Source: an uncultured Nitrososphaerales archaeon
GTDB lineage: Archaea; Thermoproteota; Nitrososphaeria; Nitrososphaerales; Nitrososphaeraceae
Reading direction: 5' to 3'
Assembly: GCA_963695855.1 (NCBI GenBank)
Contig: CAVOHZ010000010.1
Span: forward strand, 768,001-832,000
Length of the DNA: 64,000 nucleotides
Of this stretch, positions 20,960-31,231 are shown in pieces (the first letter of the stretch is position 1; each line of letters opens with the position of its first letter). Under the pieces are notes generated by a model, which worked only from the letters and a program-made list of their open reading frames with translations, did not search any database and was not told where the DNA came from. Both the position numbers and the translations under genes were made by a program.

Positions 20960-21560
20960 GTCCAAAGAGCATAACAAGGATTGAAGCTTATTTCTCTTAT
21001 GAAGAGTATTTGCAGAAATTATTCTATCTAGAGTTACACGAATACAGGATCAGCAATAAACATTCAGATATACATTGTATTCTGTTCCTATATTGGTCAA
21101 TGGTACCCGTATCACAGTAACAATTTCTGCATAGCTTACCTAAATTCAAATAAATGTTTGCATGCAAATATTATGGCAACAGAGCAAAATAAAATAAAAT
21201 AATATCAAAAAGGAACTCGTTATAGGTAGTAGTTGTAGACATACAACATGATACTGAAGATAATCATAGGCTTATAAGAGACAAACTGAATAGATTCAGG
21301 ATTACACTCCCAAAGTATGCAGATAAACCAATACTGAAAACTCATGGAAAATACAGTGAGTTGAAACTTGCATACAACAATGTTTTGTACATGAAGAGAA
21401 ATAATATAGATCAGATTATATTATCTTTCATAGAGTTTTTGGAGAACATACTACATTCAGATTGATACTATTGCAGAATAGAGAGGTCGTTTTTAGATCT
21501 ATTGCGTCTAATGTTCATAGCATGATATGTTCGTAATTATCTTGATGATTTCTACGCAAC
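20960..21560 (+). pseudogene. Eroded IS5-like DDE transposase remnant downstream of tRNA-Val
   Basis: Broken frames read VVVDIQHDTEDNHRLIRDKL...KTHGKY...LYMKRNN, then VFGEHTTFRL..QNREVVFRSIASNVH. These resemble the DxGYD, Y..R..xE and KR.FG..R...NH segments of IS5-type transposases; several stops and frameshifts; boundaries approximate. Confidence 0.72.
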
Positions 21561-21774
21561 CGTATTAACCGATCATTTAAATAAAAACACTAGGTCTGCT
21601 TTAAGACATGTTTTTTTACTATTAATTATTATTCAAATAAACTAAAAATTATTTCAAATATTTTTTATCATTGTTTGCTTGTCAAAATTCAATGTATGAC
21701 CAAATGAAATTATCTTGGTTTTGATATATGTGTAATAAAAAAAAGGAGTCAAATATTAGAAAAAATAGGGAATT

Positions 21775-22818
21775 TTATTTTTTCCTAGCTTTCACTAATA
21801 CCAATACTGCCACGGCTCCCATCATTCCTCCAAGAATTAATAATACTTGAATGGGAAAATCACCTGATGATGTAACAGTTCCTTCTGGAGCATTAGGTGT
21901 TACAAATGCTACTTCTCCACCACCAACTTTTTGAACTTTTGCAAATCCACCTATCTGTATCTGAGCACTGGGTGGTGGATTTGAAGTTCTGATTGCTACC
22001 TCTGAACCATCGATGGTCGCTTTGGCCGATGCCTCCTTTGCAGTATGTGTTCCTTCTCTAAAACTACTTTCTCCTAGTGAAAATACGGAAACAACTTTAG
22101 TACCTCCTTCTCCTGAGTAACCTGATCCAGCAGCCGATGCCTGACTTCCGGTGGGGTCAAACAGAAAATGCCATGTGTCCATCGGTAATCCTATGTCCTC
22201 GAAATCTAACAATGGTATCTGAAGAATTTTTTTTGAATCTTCTGAAGAGGATAATATTTGAGCCGCTTCTGGGTATTTTGCCAATATTGGTGCCATTGGA
22301 TAGTTTATATCAAATTTTCCATATTCTGGAACGCTAACTGTAAGTGGACCCTGAACTACTACACTCCTCCAATCAAGATCAACTGCGGTAGTCCCGTTAG
22401 TTGGAAGTACAAAATTAGTAATTTCTGGCGTGAATTTAATTTTATATGATATTGACACTCGATTTTCCTCACCTCTTATTTGAGCAGCATATTCTAATTT
22501 AGCTTTGGATAGTTGTATAGGGCTATTTTTTTCTACAAGAATAGCTTCATTAACCGATTTCACAAGCTCATTCATTCCTGCGTCTGATGAATTCAATTTA
22601 AATGATATGCGGTCATTTGTACCATTAAATATCTTCGATATTTCGCTTCCTGGCTCATATTTCATAGTTAAAAATCTTACACTCGTAAATACAGGATCTG
22701 CCTTGTCACTCTCCGGCAAAAGAAATACTTCCATCTGTGCAGCAAATGCCTGTGAAAAAACAACAGGTACTAATATCAATCCCATGACCCAATATGATGA
22801 TAAGGCCTTTCGATTCAC
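21775..22818 (-). CDS. Exported protein with signal peptide and C-terminal membrane anchor
   Basis: N-terminal hydrophobic signal ending AFA; C-terminal FPIQVLLILGGMMGAVAVLVLVKARKK. Confidence 0.85.
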   Translation of the reverse strand: MNRKALSSYWVMGLILVPVVFSQAFAAQMEVFLLPESDKADPVFTSVRFLTMKYEPGSEISKIFNGTNDRISFKLNSSDAGMNELVKSVNEAILVEKNSPIQLSKAKLEYAAQIRGEENRVSISYKIKFTPEITNFVLPTNGTTAVDLDWRSVVVQGPLTVSVPEYGKFDINYPMAPILAKYPEAAQILSSSEDSKKILQIPLLDFEDIGLPMDTWHFLFDPTGSQASAAGSGYSGEGGTKVVSVFSLGESSFREGTHTAKEASAKATIDGSEVAIRTSNPPPSAQIQIGGFAKVQKVGGGEVAFVTPNAPEGTVTSSGDFPIQVLLILGGMMGAVAVLVLVKARKK

Positions 22819-22840
22819 ACTAAATCTCTAAATTTGACGA

Positions 22841-22921
22841 ATATAATTCTTATTATTAAAAAATTGGCTTATTTTAAAAAAATATAATTCTTATTATTAA
22901 AAAATTGGCTTATTTTAAAAA
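22841..22921. repeat. Tandem duplication of a ~41-bp AT-rich unit in a divergent promoter region
   Basis: ATATAATTCTTATTATTAAAAAATTGGCTTATTTTAAAA occurs at 22841 and again at 22882. Confidence 0.9.
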
Positions 22922-23040
22922 TATTATCTTAAATATGTGAAAAATTTCAATTTTTTTACAATTTGAAACAAGTCGGTTCTCCATAATGTCAGTCAATTAA
23001 TCGAAAATTTTACATTCGTCATTTTAATTTTATTTGATGA

Positions 23041-23952
23041 TTGATCACAGTTTTAGCCGGAGGAACCGGCTCCATTAAGATAATTCGCGGGCTAAGCGTT
23101 ATTACCTCCAAAATATCGATAATTGCTAACGTTGGGGATAACTTTTGGTTTCAGGGCTTGTATATATGTCCAGATGTTGACACGTCACTCTATGGACTAA
23201 AAGGAATACTTGACAAGGAGCGTGGTTGGGGTATAAAAAATGACTCTTTTACTTTTATTGACACTCTGAGAAGGTTAGGAGAGGAAAACTGGTTTAAAAT
23301 AGGAGATAAAGATCTTGTAACCCATATTATCAGAACAAGATTGTTACGAGAAGGCCTACCGCTATATGAAGTAATTAAAAAGATTGCAAAATTGTATGAT
23401 ATAAAACACAATGTTATACCAGCTACCGATACACCAATTGAAACAAGAATAATTACCGATAAAGGAGATATAAACATTCAAGAGTTTTGGGTAAAATATA
23501 AAGGAAAACCAAGAGTTTACGATGTCTATTATAAAAATGTTGAAAACGCCAAGATAAATGAGAATATTACAAAATTATTACGTCATTCCAAATCTATAAT
23601 CATAGCACCAGCTAACCCGATTTCGAGTATTGGGCCAATAATAGCTATTAAACCAATTCAAGATGAATTAATATCTCAAAGAAAAAAAGTTTTAGCTATC
23701 TCTCCTATCATTGGAAATAAACCATTCAGTGGACCAGCTGCAAAATATCTTGAATCCAAAAGAATTGAAATCTCATCTCTTGGAATAGCAAAATTTTATT
23801 CCAGATTTGTAAGTAAATTAGTTATTCATAAAACAGATCATCTTCTTTCAAAACTTATTTTAGATATAGGAGTTCAGCCATATATCACAAATATCATTAT
23901 GCGAGGTCCTAGAGAGGAAGTCAATTTGGCAAAATACATTTCAGCAATATAG
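23041..23952 (+). CDS. cofD: 2-phospho-L-lactate transferase (F420 biosynthesis)
   Basis: LAGGTGS.K, NVGDN, CPDVDT, WF.IGDKD, QEFWV, NPISSIGPI and SGPAAK. Confidence 0.93.
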   Translation: MITVLAGGTGSIKIIRGLSVITSKISIIANVGDNFWFQGLYICPDVDTSLYGLKGILDKERGWGIKNDSFTFIDTLRRLGEENWFKIGDKDLVTHIIRTRLLREGLPLYEVIKKIAKLYDIKHNVIPATDTPIETRIITDKGDINIQEFWVKYKGKPRVYDVYYKNVENAKINENITKLLRHSKSIIIAPANPISSIGPIIAIKPIQDELISQRKKVLAISPIIGNKPFSGPAAKYLESKRIEISSLGIAKFYSRFVSKLVIHKTDHLLSKLILDIGVQPYITNIIMRGPREEVNLAKYISAI

Positions 23953-23959
23953 GTAGAAT

Positions 23960-24601
23960 TTGAGATTGAAAGTAGTTGCGATTGTGCCAATAAAGAATAT
24001 GGATTCTTCCAAATCTAGACTATCCTCCATATTGAATCAAAATCAAAGAAGAGATCTAGTAAATTTTCTACTTGACTTAACAATCAAAGAACTAAATAAA
24101 TCCTCTTTGATAACCAATATCCTTTTAGTATCAAGCAATAAATATTTCAGAGAAGTTTATAAAAACAAAAAAATTGGATTTCTCACAGATTTTAATGAAG
24201 GAGTAAATAAAGCCATCTCACTGGCTGATTCTTATCTAGAAAATCAGAAAATCGACGCAAGTATAGTAATTCCCATAGATTTACCTCTCATCACTTCTTG
24301 TGATGTTGATTATTTTTGCAGAATGTCCATGGAGTTTTCAAAATGTGTAGTTATCTGCCCTTCTAAAAGATTGGATGGAACCAATATCATGTTACGGAAA
24401 CCACATAATGTCATTAAAACCTATTATGATGACAACAGTTATCAAAATCACTTTCTAGAAGCAAAACTTCACAATGTCCCCATCAAACCGATATATCGCG
24501 ATAATCTTACTTTTGACATTGATACAAGGGAGGACTTGATTTCATTAACAAAAATTGGCAACTGGGAAAATATTTTAAAAAAATTGGGATTATTTTCATG
24601 A
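23960..24601 (+). CDS. cofC: 2-phospho-L-lactate guanylyltransferase (F420 biosynthesis)
   Basis: VPIK....KSRLS, DLPLI, DGTN and DIDT..DL; adjacent to cofD. Confidence 0.9.
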   Translation: MRLKVVAIVPIKNMDSSKSRLSSILNQNQRRDLVNFLLDLTIKELNKSSLITNILLVSSNKYFREVYKNKKIGFLTDFNEGVNKAISLADSYLENQKIDASIVIPIDLPLITSCDVDYFCRMSMEFSKCVVICPSKRLDGTNIMLRKPHNVIKTYYDDNSYQNHFLEAKLHNVPIKPIYRDNLTFDIDTREDLISLTKIGNWENILKKLGLFS

Positions 24602-24659
24602 TTTTTTTATTTGATATTTATAATTTTACTAGTTAACTATATTAAGTATAGATAGCAAT

Positions 24660-25718
24660 TTGAAAATAATGAAGGCGGCAGTTTTTAGAGAATATAACAA
24701 GGATCCTACACAGGTAATTAAAATTGAAGATATAGATACTCCGAAAATAAAACCTAATGAAGTTTTGATAAAGGTCGAATCAGCTTCATATAATTATAAT
24801 GATTTATGGGCAATTTGGGGAGATCCTGTCCAAACCCCACTTCCTCATATTTCAGGAAGTGATGTAGCTGGTACAGTGGTAGAGATTGGAGAAGAGGTAA
24901 CCAACTTTAAGCTAGGAGACAGAGTTGTTTCTCATTCTAATATGAGTTGTAGAACTTGTGCTTTATGTACAGCTGGAAAAGAATATGATTGTCCACAAAG
25001 AAACATTTGGGGTTTTCAAACTGGACCTCTTTGGGGAGGATTTGCACAATATACCCATTTGCCGGAAGTAAATGTAGCCAAGATACCAGATACAGTATCT
25101 TTTGATGATGCTGCAGCAATTTCAATGGTGGGAATGACATCATGGCATATGTTAGTTGGTAGAGCGAAGATAAAACCAGGACAAACAGTTTTGATAATGG
25201 GGGGAACAAGCGGAGTAGGAATGGCGGGAATCCAAATAGCAAAATTATATAATTGTGATGTTATTGCAACTGGGGGTAATCAGGCAAAAATGGATAAGTG
25301 TCTGGAGCTCGGTGCGGATCATGTTGTAAACCATCGAGAGTCTGATTGGGCTAAGAAAGTACGAAATCTAACAAATAAACAGGGAGTGGATGTAGTTTTC
25401 GAACACATCGGAAAATCTGTTTTTCCACAGGAAGTCTCTTTATTAAAAATGGGAGGAACCCTTGTAACTTGCGGTGCCACCACTGGCTATGACTCCACGA
25501 TAGATTTGAGATATCTTTTCTTTAAAGGCACTAATCTTCTTGGTTCTACTCAGGGAACAAAAGCAGAATTGGAAGATGTCATATACTGGGTTGGTAAAGG
25601 TAAAATCAAACCTCTTATAGCAACAACTTTACCATTTTCTGATATGGTGAAGGGTCATACCATGATGGCTAATGCTGATCAGATTGGGAAGATCGTCACA
25701 ACTCCACAAAGCCTTTAA
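24660..25718 (+). CDS. Zn-binding medium-chain dehydrogenase/reductase (quinone/enoyl reductase-like)
   Basis: PHISGSDVAG, CxxCxxC...C structural Zn site, GGTSGVG and CGATTG. Confidence 0.88.
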   Translation: MKIMKAAVFREYNKDPTQVIKIEDIDTPKIKPNEVLIKVESASYNYNDLWAIWGDPVQTPLPHISGSDVAGTVVEIGEEVTNFKLGDRVVSHSNMSCRTCALCTAGKEYDCPQRNIWGFQTGPLWGGFAQYTHLPEVNVAKIPDTVSFDDAAAISMVGMTSWHMLVGRAKIKPGQTVLIMGGTSGVGMAGIQIAKLYNCDVIATGGNQAKMDKCLELGADHVVNHRESDWAKKVRNLTNKQGVDVVFEHIGKSVFPQEVSLLKMGGTLVTCGATTGYDSTIDLRYLFFKGTNLLGSTQGTKAELEDVIYWVGKGKIKPLIATTLPFSDMVKGHTMMANADQIGKIVTTPQSL

Positions 25719-25747
25719 TCTTTTCTTTTATTTTTTTCATTACTCCA

Positions 25748-26689
25748 GTGATTTTACAGATGGTATTTAGGAGCCTTTTATTTATACCCGGAAACAACAA
25801 GAAATTTTTGGATAAATCTAAGACTCTATCTCCTGATATAATCTGTTATGACCTGGAAGATTCTGTTCCCCTTAATGAAAAAGAAAATGCAAGGCAAATG
25901 ATAATGCACGCTACATCGCTTGATAAATATAAGGATAATTCTGTCGAGAAACCGCAGATGTTGGGAAAATTAGCAAATACTAATTCCCAGGTTTTTGTTA
26001 GAATAAATTCATTTGAATCTGGAATATATGACCAGGATTTAAGATCTACATTGAATAGTGGAATAGATGGAATAGTTATACCAAAAGTAAACTCAGTTTT
26101 CGAACTTGAACAAATAATCAATCTTATTATATCTTTGGAAAAAGAAAGGAGTCTCGAAAAAATAAAATTAATCCCATCAATTGAATCTTCTTTGGGCGTT
26201 GTAAATTCATATTCGATTGCTTCTTTTGATTCTAGAGTTGTTGCATTAGTTTTTGGTGTTTTTGATTATTTATATGATATGAAACTAGATTATTCTGAAC
26301 GTGATGGATTAGAATATAGTTATGCGCGAGCAAAAATTCCGGTTGATGCACGAGCTGCTGGCATTTCTGCTTTAGACTCTATATGGCAAAAAATTGACGA
26401 TATTGATGGACTAAAACAAGATGCAATGGTAGCAAAGAGGCTGGGATATTCAGGAAAAACCATAATTCATCCCAAACACATTGATTTTGTTAATGAAGTA
26501 TTTTTTCCCTCAAAAAATGAAATAGATTGGGCAACCAAAGTGATATCTATCGTCAAACAATTCGAAGAGAAAGGAGATAAAAGAGGCGCACTCAAGATAG
26601 ACGGTAAAATGGTTGACGCTGTTCATTTTAAACAGGCTAAATTAATACTCGAAATATTGAAACACAAGCAAGAAGAAAAAAGTTCCTAA
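25748..26689 (+). CDS. CitE-like HpcH/HpaI aldolase / CoA-ester lyase
   Basis: RSLLFIPGN, DLEDSV, FVRIN, IPKV, GYSGKTIIHP and DGKMVD. Confidence 0.9.
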   Translation: MILQMVFRSLLFIPGNNKKFLDKSKTLSPDIICYDLEDSVPLNEKENARQMIMHATSLDKYKDNSVEKPQMLGKLANTNSQVFVRINSFESGIYDQDLRSTLNSGIDGIVIPKVNSVFELEQIINLIISLEKERSLEKIKLIPSIESSLGVVNSYSIASFDSRVVALVFGVFDYLYDMKLDYSERDGLEYSYARAKIPVDARAAGISALDSIWQKIDDIDGLKQDAMVAKRLGYSGKTIIHPKHIDFVNEVFFPSKNEIDWATKVISIVKQFEEKGDKRGALKIDGKMVDAVHFKQAKLILEILKHKQEEKSS

Positions 26690-26751
26690 CCTAGTAAACT
26701 TTTGATGGTGGGTCAATAAGGTTTATTTTCTGATCATTTTCATAGCATGAT

Positions 26752-28107
26752 ATGGCCATTCTACCAATAGATTCGGGAAGGTATGGTAGCAAGGAAATCA
26801 AAATGATCTTTGAAGAAGACAAAAAACTTGAATATGCACTTCAATTTGAAGCCGCTGTTGCTTCTTCTCAATCAAGTCTAGGTTTAATACCCAAGGAGGC
26901 ATCTGATGAGATAAATTTACATGTAAATTCTGGCAACATTAGAGTAGCAAGGATTAAGGAACTTGAATCTACTACCGACCATGATATAGCAGCTCTCGTG
27001 CAAGCTTTGAGTGAACAATGTTCCCAGAATACAAAGCCTTGGGTCCACTTTGGTCTAACCAGTAACGATATTGTTGATACTACTACGTCAATGCAATTAA
27101 AAGATTCATTGGCTATAATAGAATCAAAAATTAGAACGCTAGCATCCTTATTTTCTGAGAAAGCTTTACAATTCAAGAACCAGCCTGCAGTAGGGAGAAC
27201 TCATGGACAGCATGCTAGCATTATTCCATTCGGTTTAAAATTTGCAGTCTGGGCAATCGAAATGGTAAAACATATTGAAAGAATCAGAGAGGGAAAAAAG
27301 AGATTCCTAATCTGTAAAACTCTAGGTGTAGTAGGTACAGGATCTCTGATGGGAGAAAAAGCATTGGAGGTCCAAGATAAAGTTGCTATCTCTTTGAATT
27401 TATATCCATCTGACGCTGCTACACAAGTAATTCCAAGAGAGAGGCTGGCAGAATTTCAATTTTTGGTAGCACTTGTAGGAGCGACTCTAGATAAAGTTGC
27501 AATAGAAATAAGGAATTTACAACGTCCAGAATTGGATGAAGTATCTGAATTTTTTAAGGAAGGTCAAATGGGAAGCAGTGCAGTACCAGTAAAGAGAAAT
27601 CCTATAAAAAGCGAAAGAGTGTCATCCTTAGCAAAACTTTTGCGTCCGTTAGTACAGGTTGCTATGGATAATATCAGTTTGTGGCATGAAAGAGATCTCT
27701 CTAATTCTGCAAATGAAAGATTCACAATTCCTATGGGAATAATACTACTTGATGAGATGCTAAATACTATGATCAAAGTTATATCGGAACTGAATATTAA
27801 CATTGATAAAATTTTTTCCAATATAGAAATTACAAAGGGACAAATTTATGCAGAATTTGTTTTGGAATCATTGGTTAAAAAGGGAATTCCAAGAATAAAT
27901 GCATATAGGGATATTCAAAGAATAGCCTTTGCGGCTAAAGAATCTGGAAAACACTTTATTCAAGCTATAAAGGATGATGATATATTATCATCTCATTTCA
28001 ATGATGATGAACTTGATTCTCTGTTTAAGCCACAAAATCATTTTGCCTCAGCTATTCAAATCATAGAAAATGTTTCTAATATTGTCTCGAAAGAATTTAA
28101 AAAATGA
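26752..28107 (+). CDS. purB: Adenylosuccinate lyase
   Basis: VHFGLTSND, GRTHGQHA, GSSAVPVKRNP and WHERDLSNS. Confidence 0.96.
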   Translation: MAILPIDSGRYGSKEIKMIFEEDKKLEYALQFEAAVASSQSSLGLIPKEASDEINLHVNSGNIRVARIKELESTTDHDIAALVQALSEQCSQNTKPWVHFGLTSNDIVDTTTSMQLKDSLAIIESKIRTLASLFSEKALQFKNQPAVGRTHGQHASIIPFGLKFAVWAIEMVKHIERIREGKKRFLICKTLGVVGTGSLMGEKALEVQDKVAISLNLYPSDAATQVIPRERLAEFQFLVALVGATLDKVAIEIRNLQRPELDEVSEFFKEGQMGSSAVPVKRNPIKSERVSSLAKLLRPLVQVAMDNISLWHERDLSNSANERFTIPMGIILLDEMLNTMIKVISELNINIDKIFSNIEITKGQIYAEFVLESLVKKGIPRINAYRDIQRIAFAAKESGKHFIQAIKDDDILSSHFNDDELDSLFKPQNHFASAIQIIENVSNIVSKEFKK

Positions 28108-28292
28108 ATGAATTTAGTTGTCATTATTTACGTTTCATTTCTATCTAAAGATACAAAGATATCTTCGTAATATCTTTTCTAACTTTTATAATTATAATGG
28201 AAATACCAAAAATATATGTACTGATTTTTAGTTGAATATAAAATTCTATGTTCCATGAATAATTCTACGAATGTTAAAAATTATATTTATTT

Positions 28293-29476
28293 GAGAGTGG
28301 GTCATAATTCATTAAACGAAAATTGTAATGTTAACAATAGTATATACTCAATCCTTATGTTCCTAACATGTATTTGATTGCTCTGGGATTATCCTTGTTG
28401 GTTTTACAGTTGTAGTATACAAGAATCTGGTATAGCAAAACAGATAGTAGTACTATAACACAGCCCTTGGTGTATCCTCGTACAGGTAATGGATCTATCC
28501 TGAACGCGGATTTGATATGTTGTATCAACGGCTCAATTGATATACTTCTCAAGGAATAGATAGCCTGTCCAATATTCGATTCATAAAATTCAACTAATTT
28601 TATCCGGTCAGCAGATGTATTTTCATATCTTTTTACTGGACACACCAATTGAAATCCCATATCTGTACTGAGATCATATAATTTATGATCATCGTATCCA
28701 GGATCTGCAGACATGAATAATGTTCTTTTTATAATCCTAAAAGGAATACTTGCTGTCAACATACTGTATATTTGATTGTCAGGTATGTTGGCAGTTGTAA
28801 AATCTGCTGCCAAAGGTACAATGATAGAACCAGTACTAGAAGATATCATATGTAATTTGTATCCAAATATCCAACCTTTTGTATGACTGAATCCCCACAC
28901 TGCATCAGTATCAATACCGGAACGTGGTACTACTTTTTTCTTTATAGATGATTTATGCCAGACATGACCTTTAGCCTTTACAAGTGTACTGTCTGTTGAA
29001 AGAACAGATGGATCGATTATTTTATCGTGAACAAAAATATCACTCATTATAGTTATTCTGTTTTTAATATCATTGGATATTGTGACAAGGCGTCTATCAA
29101 ATGTTCTTCTGCTAGGTACTCTGTATAGCCCACATACTTTCATTACCTTTTTGTTATACGATAGATCCATTGCAAGGTATTCATGCAATGCTCTGTTAGA
29201 ATCCAATCTAAACCAAATACGTACTATAAAACATCTCAAGATAACAGTAGGAGAATAGACATATGGTCTACCACGTCCCCCTCCTCCTCCTCCTCCTCTA
29301 TTATTTTTATGTGGCCAACGAATCAAACCAATCAAATACAAAATACTAATTAGAATAGATGTTGATCTTTTCTGCTGTGCTAGTTTGTTGGTTTGGATGA
29401 TAGTTACACCAAAACATCATACACCAATAAACTAGCTTTATTCGTTATGAAAATGGAATAATTATGACCCAGCCTC
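28293..29476 (-). mobile_element. Complete insertion sequence (1184 bp) with 17-bp imperfect terminal inverted repeats and an 8-bp target-site duplication
   Basis: Left end GAGAGTGGGTCATAATT (28293-28309) versus right-end reverse complement GAGGCTGGGTCATAATT (29460-29476), 15/17 identical; ATTTATTT flanks both sides (28285-28292 and 29477-29484). Confidence 0.92.
28355..29341 (-). CDS. DDE transposase (IS4/IS5 superfamily, DDE_Tnp_1-like)
   Basis: DSTLVKA, GYKLH, ADPGYD and Y..R.SIEP catalytic pattern; the frame stays open for ~23 codons upstream of the TTG, so the start is uncertain. Confidence 0.9.
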   Translation of the reverse strand: MYLIGLIRWPHKNNRGGGGGGGRGRPYVYSPTVILRCFIVRIWFRLDSNRALHEYLAMDLSYNKKVMKVCGLYRVPSRRTFDRRLVTISNDIKNRITIMSDIFVHDKIIDPSVLSTDSTLVKAKGHVWHKSSIKKKVVPRSGIDTDAVWGFSHTKGWIFGYKLHMISSSTGSIIVPLAADFTTANIPDNQIYSMLTASIPFRIIKRTLFMSADPGYDDHKLYDLSTDMGFQLVCPVKRYENTSADRIKLVEFYESNIGQAIYSLRSISIEPLIQHIKSAFRIDPLPVRGYTKGCVIVLLSVLLYQILVYYNCKTNKDNPRAIKYMLGT

Positions 29477-30233
29477 ATTTATTTAAGATAGTGTTTTAGA
29501 TAATAATGGTATCTTTTATGACAACCGATATTGTTTTTAGACGGATATTTTTTCTTTTTAAGAAAACGCCATTATTGAAAGTAGACTGGTATTATCAAAA
29601 TTGAAAAAGATACGATACAAAATAGTAAGTCACATGAATATATTTATGAAGATAAAAGAGCAGATGCGTTGTACCAGAGTTGTAACAAAATATGGTAAAT
29701 AATGGTTACAATTATGCTTGCAAACCTATTAGAAGTTGAATTATGCAATTCAGATAAAAATAATTGAATATTCTAATATCATTCTGTTGAATTGCGAATA
29801 CTCAAGAAATTATGTGAGAATGTGCAACTTTAATTGCCCTTGTTTTTGAATCCCTTGAAACGTTTTCATAAAACAGATATCACGCAATATTGAAAAACCT
29901 TGTTAAATATGTGTAAGTTCAGTTACCATTACAAGAAAGAATACCAGGTACTGATGTCCAAATAACTGCATCTTCCAAGTTGCACCCAAATTTGATAATG
30001 CATCTTAGTGATATTCATAATAAAAGTAATCCAGTAGAGCCAGAAAGTGAAATAACAATAAAGGTAGATAAGGAAAAGCTAAATCATGAATGCAATGACA
30101 ACTAAATATAGGATGAAAATGCATATAAAAATTAGTACCCCTATTATAATCAAAATCCTGTTTATTGATAACTAAAATTACTATTTTATATTATTAAAGT
30201 AATATATTCAATAATTATTTAATATTGTTTTGA

Positions 30234-31028
30234 TCAGTGATTTATTTTGGTCAATAAAAGTTTTCTTATTTCGTCCTCTTTCTTTATACCTTTTATAAGA
30301 TTTTTGTGAATTAAAGAACCGTATTGTAAAGCTTTTTTTGGATGTAGAGCTGCTTCAACTGGTACATTCAATAAAATGGCTACTTCTCGTAAAATATGTT
30401 TTCTGAGTAAGTCATTTGAACTTTTGATCTTTTTATCTATCGGTATTTTTTTTGCATATTCTATAAAATCTCGCGATAAAAAAGGTTGCTTAACAGAAAC
30501 GTTATATTCCTTTGAAACCTCCTGGATTTCCTTAATTAGTATTTGTTCATTTTCTATTTTCTTATCCATAAATTTATTTATTTCCATAATTCCGTCTGAA
30601 AATATTTGTCTGTACCTGTTATAGCCACAAAATAATTCGTCGAAGCCATTAGCAGTAAGAACAGTGTTAAACCCATTTGATGAAGCTAAAAAAGATATAT
30701 AATAGAAAGCGATGCAATTTTCGATATGAGATAAATTGTTACACGGTATATTCCTTATAATTTTTTTCAACACGATGATAAAATTCTCGATATTTATTTC
30801 ATATGTTATATGTTTTATACTCATTTTGTCAGAAATAAATTTAGAAAATTCAATATCATGGGAACCTGGAAAACCTATTGAGAGTAACGTAACATCTTTA
30901 AAATTATCCTTTACAATCTTTGCTAACAACGAACTATCTAATCCGCCAGAAAAAGCAATAGCAAAATTTTCCCTTCTATCCACACTAACATCTATTGATT
31001 TTATAATCTCACAAATTATATCAAGCAA
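30234..31028 (-). CDS. Asparagine synthetase-like synthetase domain without a glutaminase domain
   Basis: AFSGGLDSS, TANGFDELFCGY, PFL, RKHILREVA and KKALQYGS; only 264 aa, no N-terminal Cys/Ntn domain. Confidence 0.85.
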   Translation of the reverse strand: MLDIICEIIKSIDVSVDRRENFAIAFSGGLDSSLLAKIVKDNFKDVTLLSIGFPGSHDIEFSKFISDKMSIKHITYEINIENFIIVLKKIIRNIPCNNLSHIENCIAFYYISFLASSNGFNTVLTANGFDELFCGYNRYRQIFSDGIMEINKFMDKKIENEQILIKEIQEVSKEYNVSVKQPFLSRDFIEYAKKIPIDKKIKSSNDLLRKHILREVAILLNVPVEAALHPKKALQYGSLIHKNLIKGIKKEDEIRKLLLTKINH

Positions 31029-31231
31029 TTGTCACTCAATACAAGTATCCTTTTAATCTAACTTTTAAATATACCTTTATAAATTTTCTGACAATTTTAT
31101 ATTGTTTTTTACATTTTGTTTATTATTCAAAGAAAATATTTTTATAGTATTCAATGTTTTAAAAATAGGAATTATTTACTAACATTAAAGATTTTTATAT
31201 AAAATATTTCGATATTTAATTAAATAAAGAT

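Noticed and set aside
29500-30200. Possible eroded genes (roadblock-like on +, membrane protein on -)
   Set aside because: Short coding-like stretches are broken by many stops and no family motif could be confirmed by eye.
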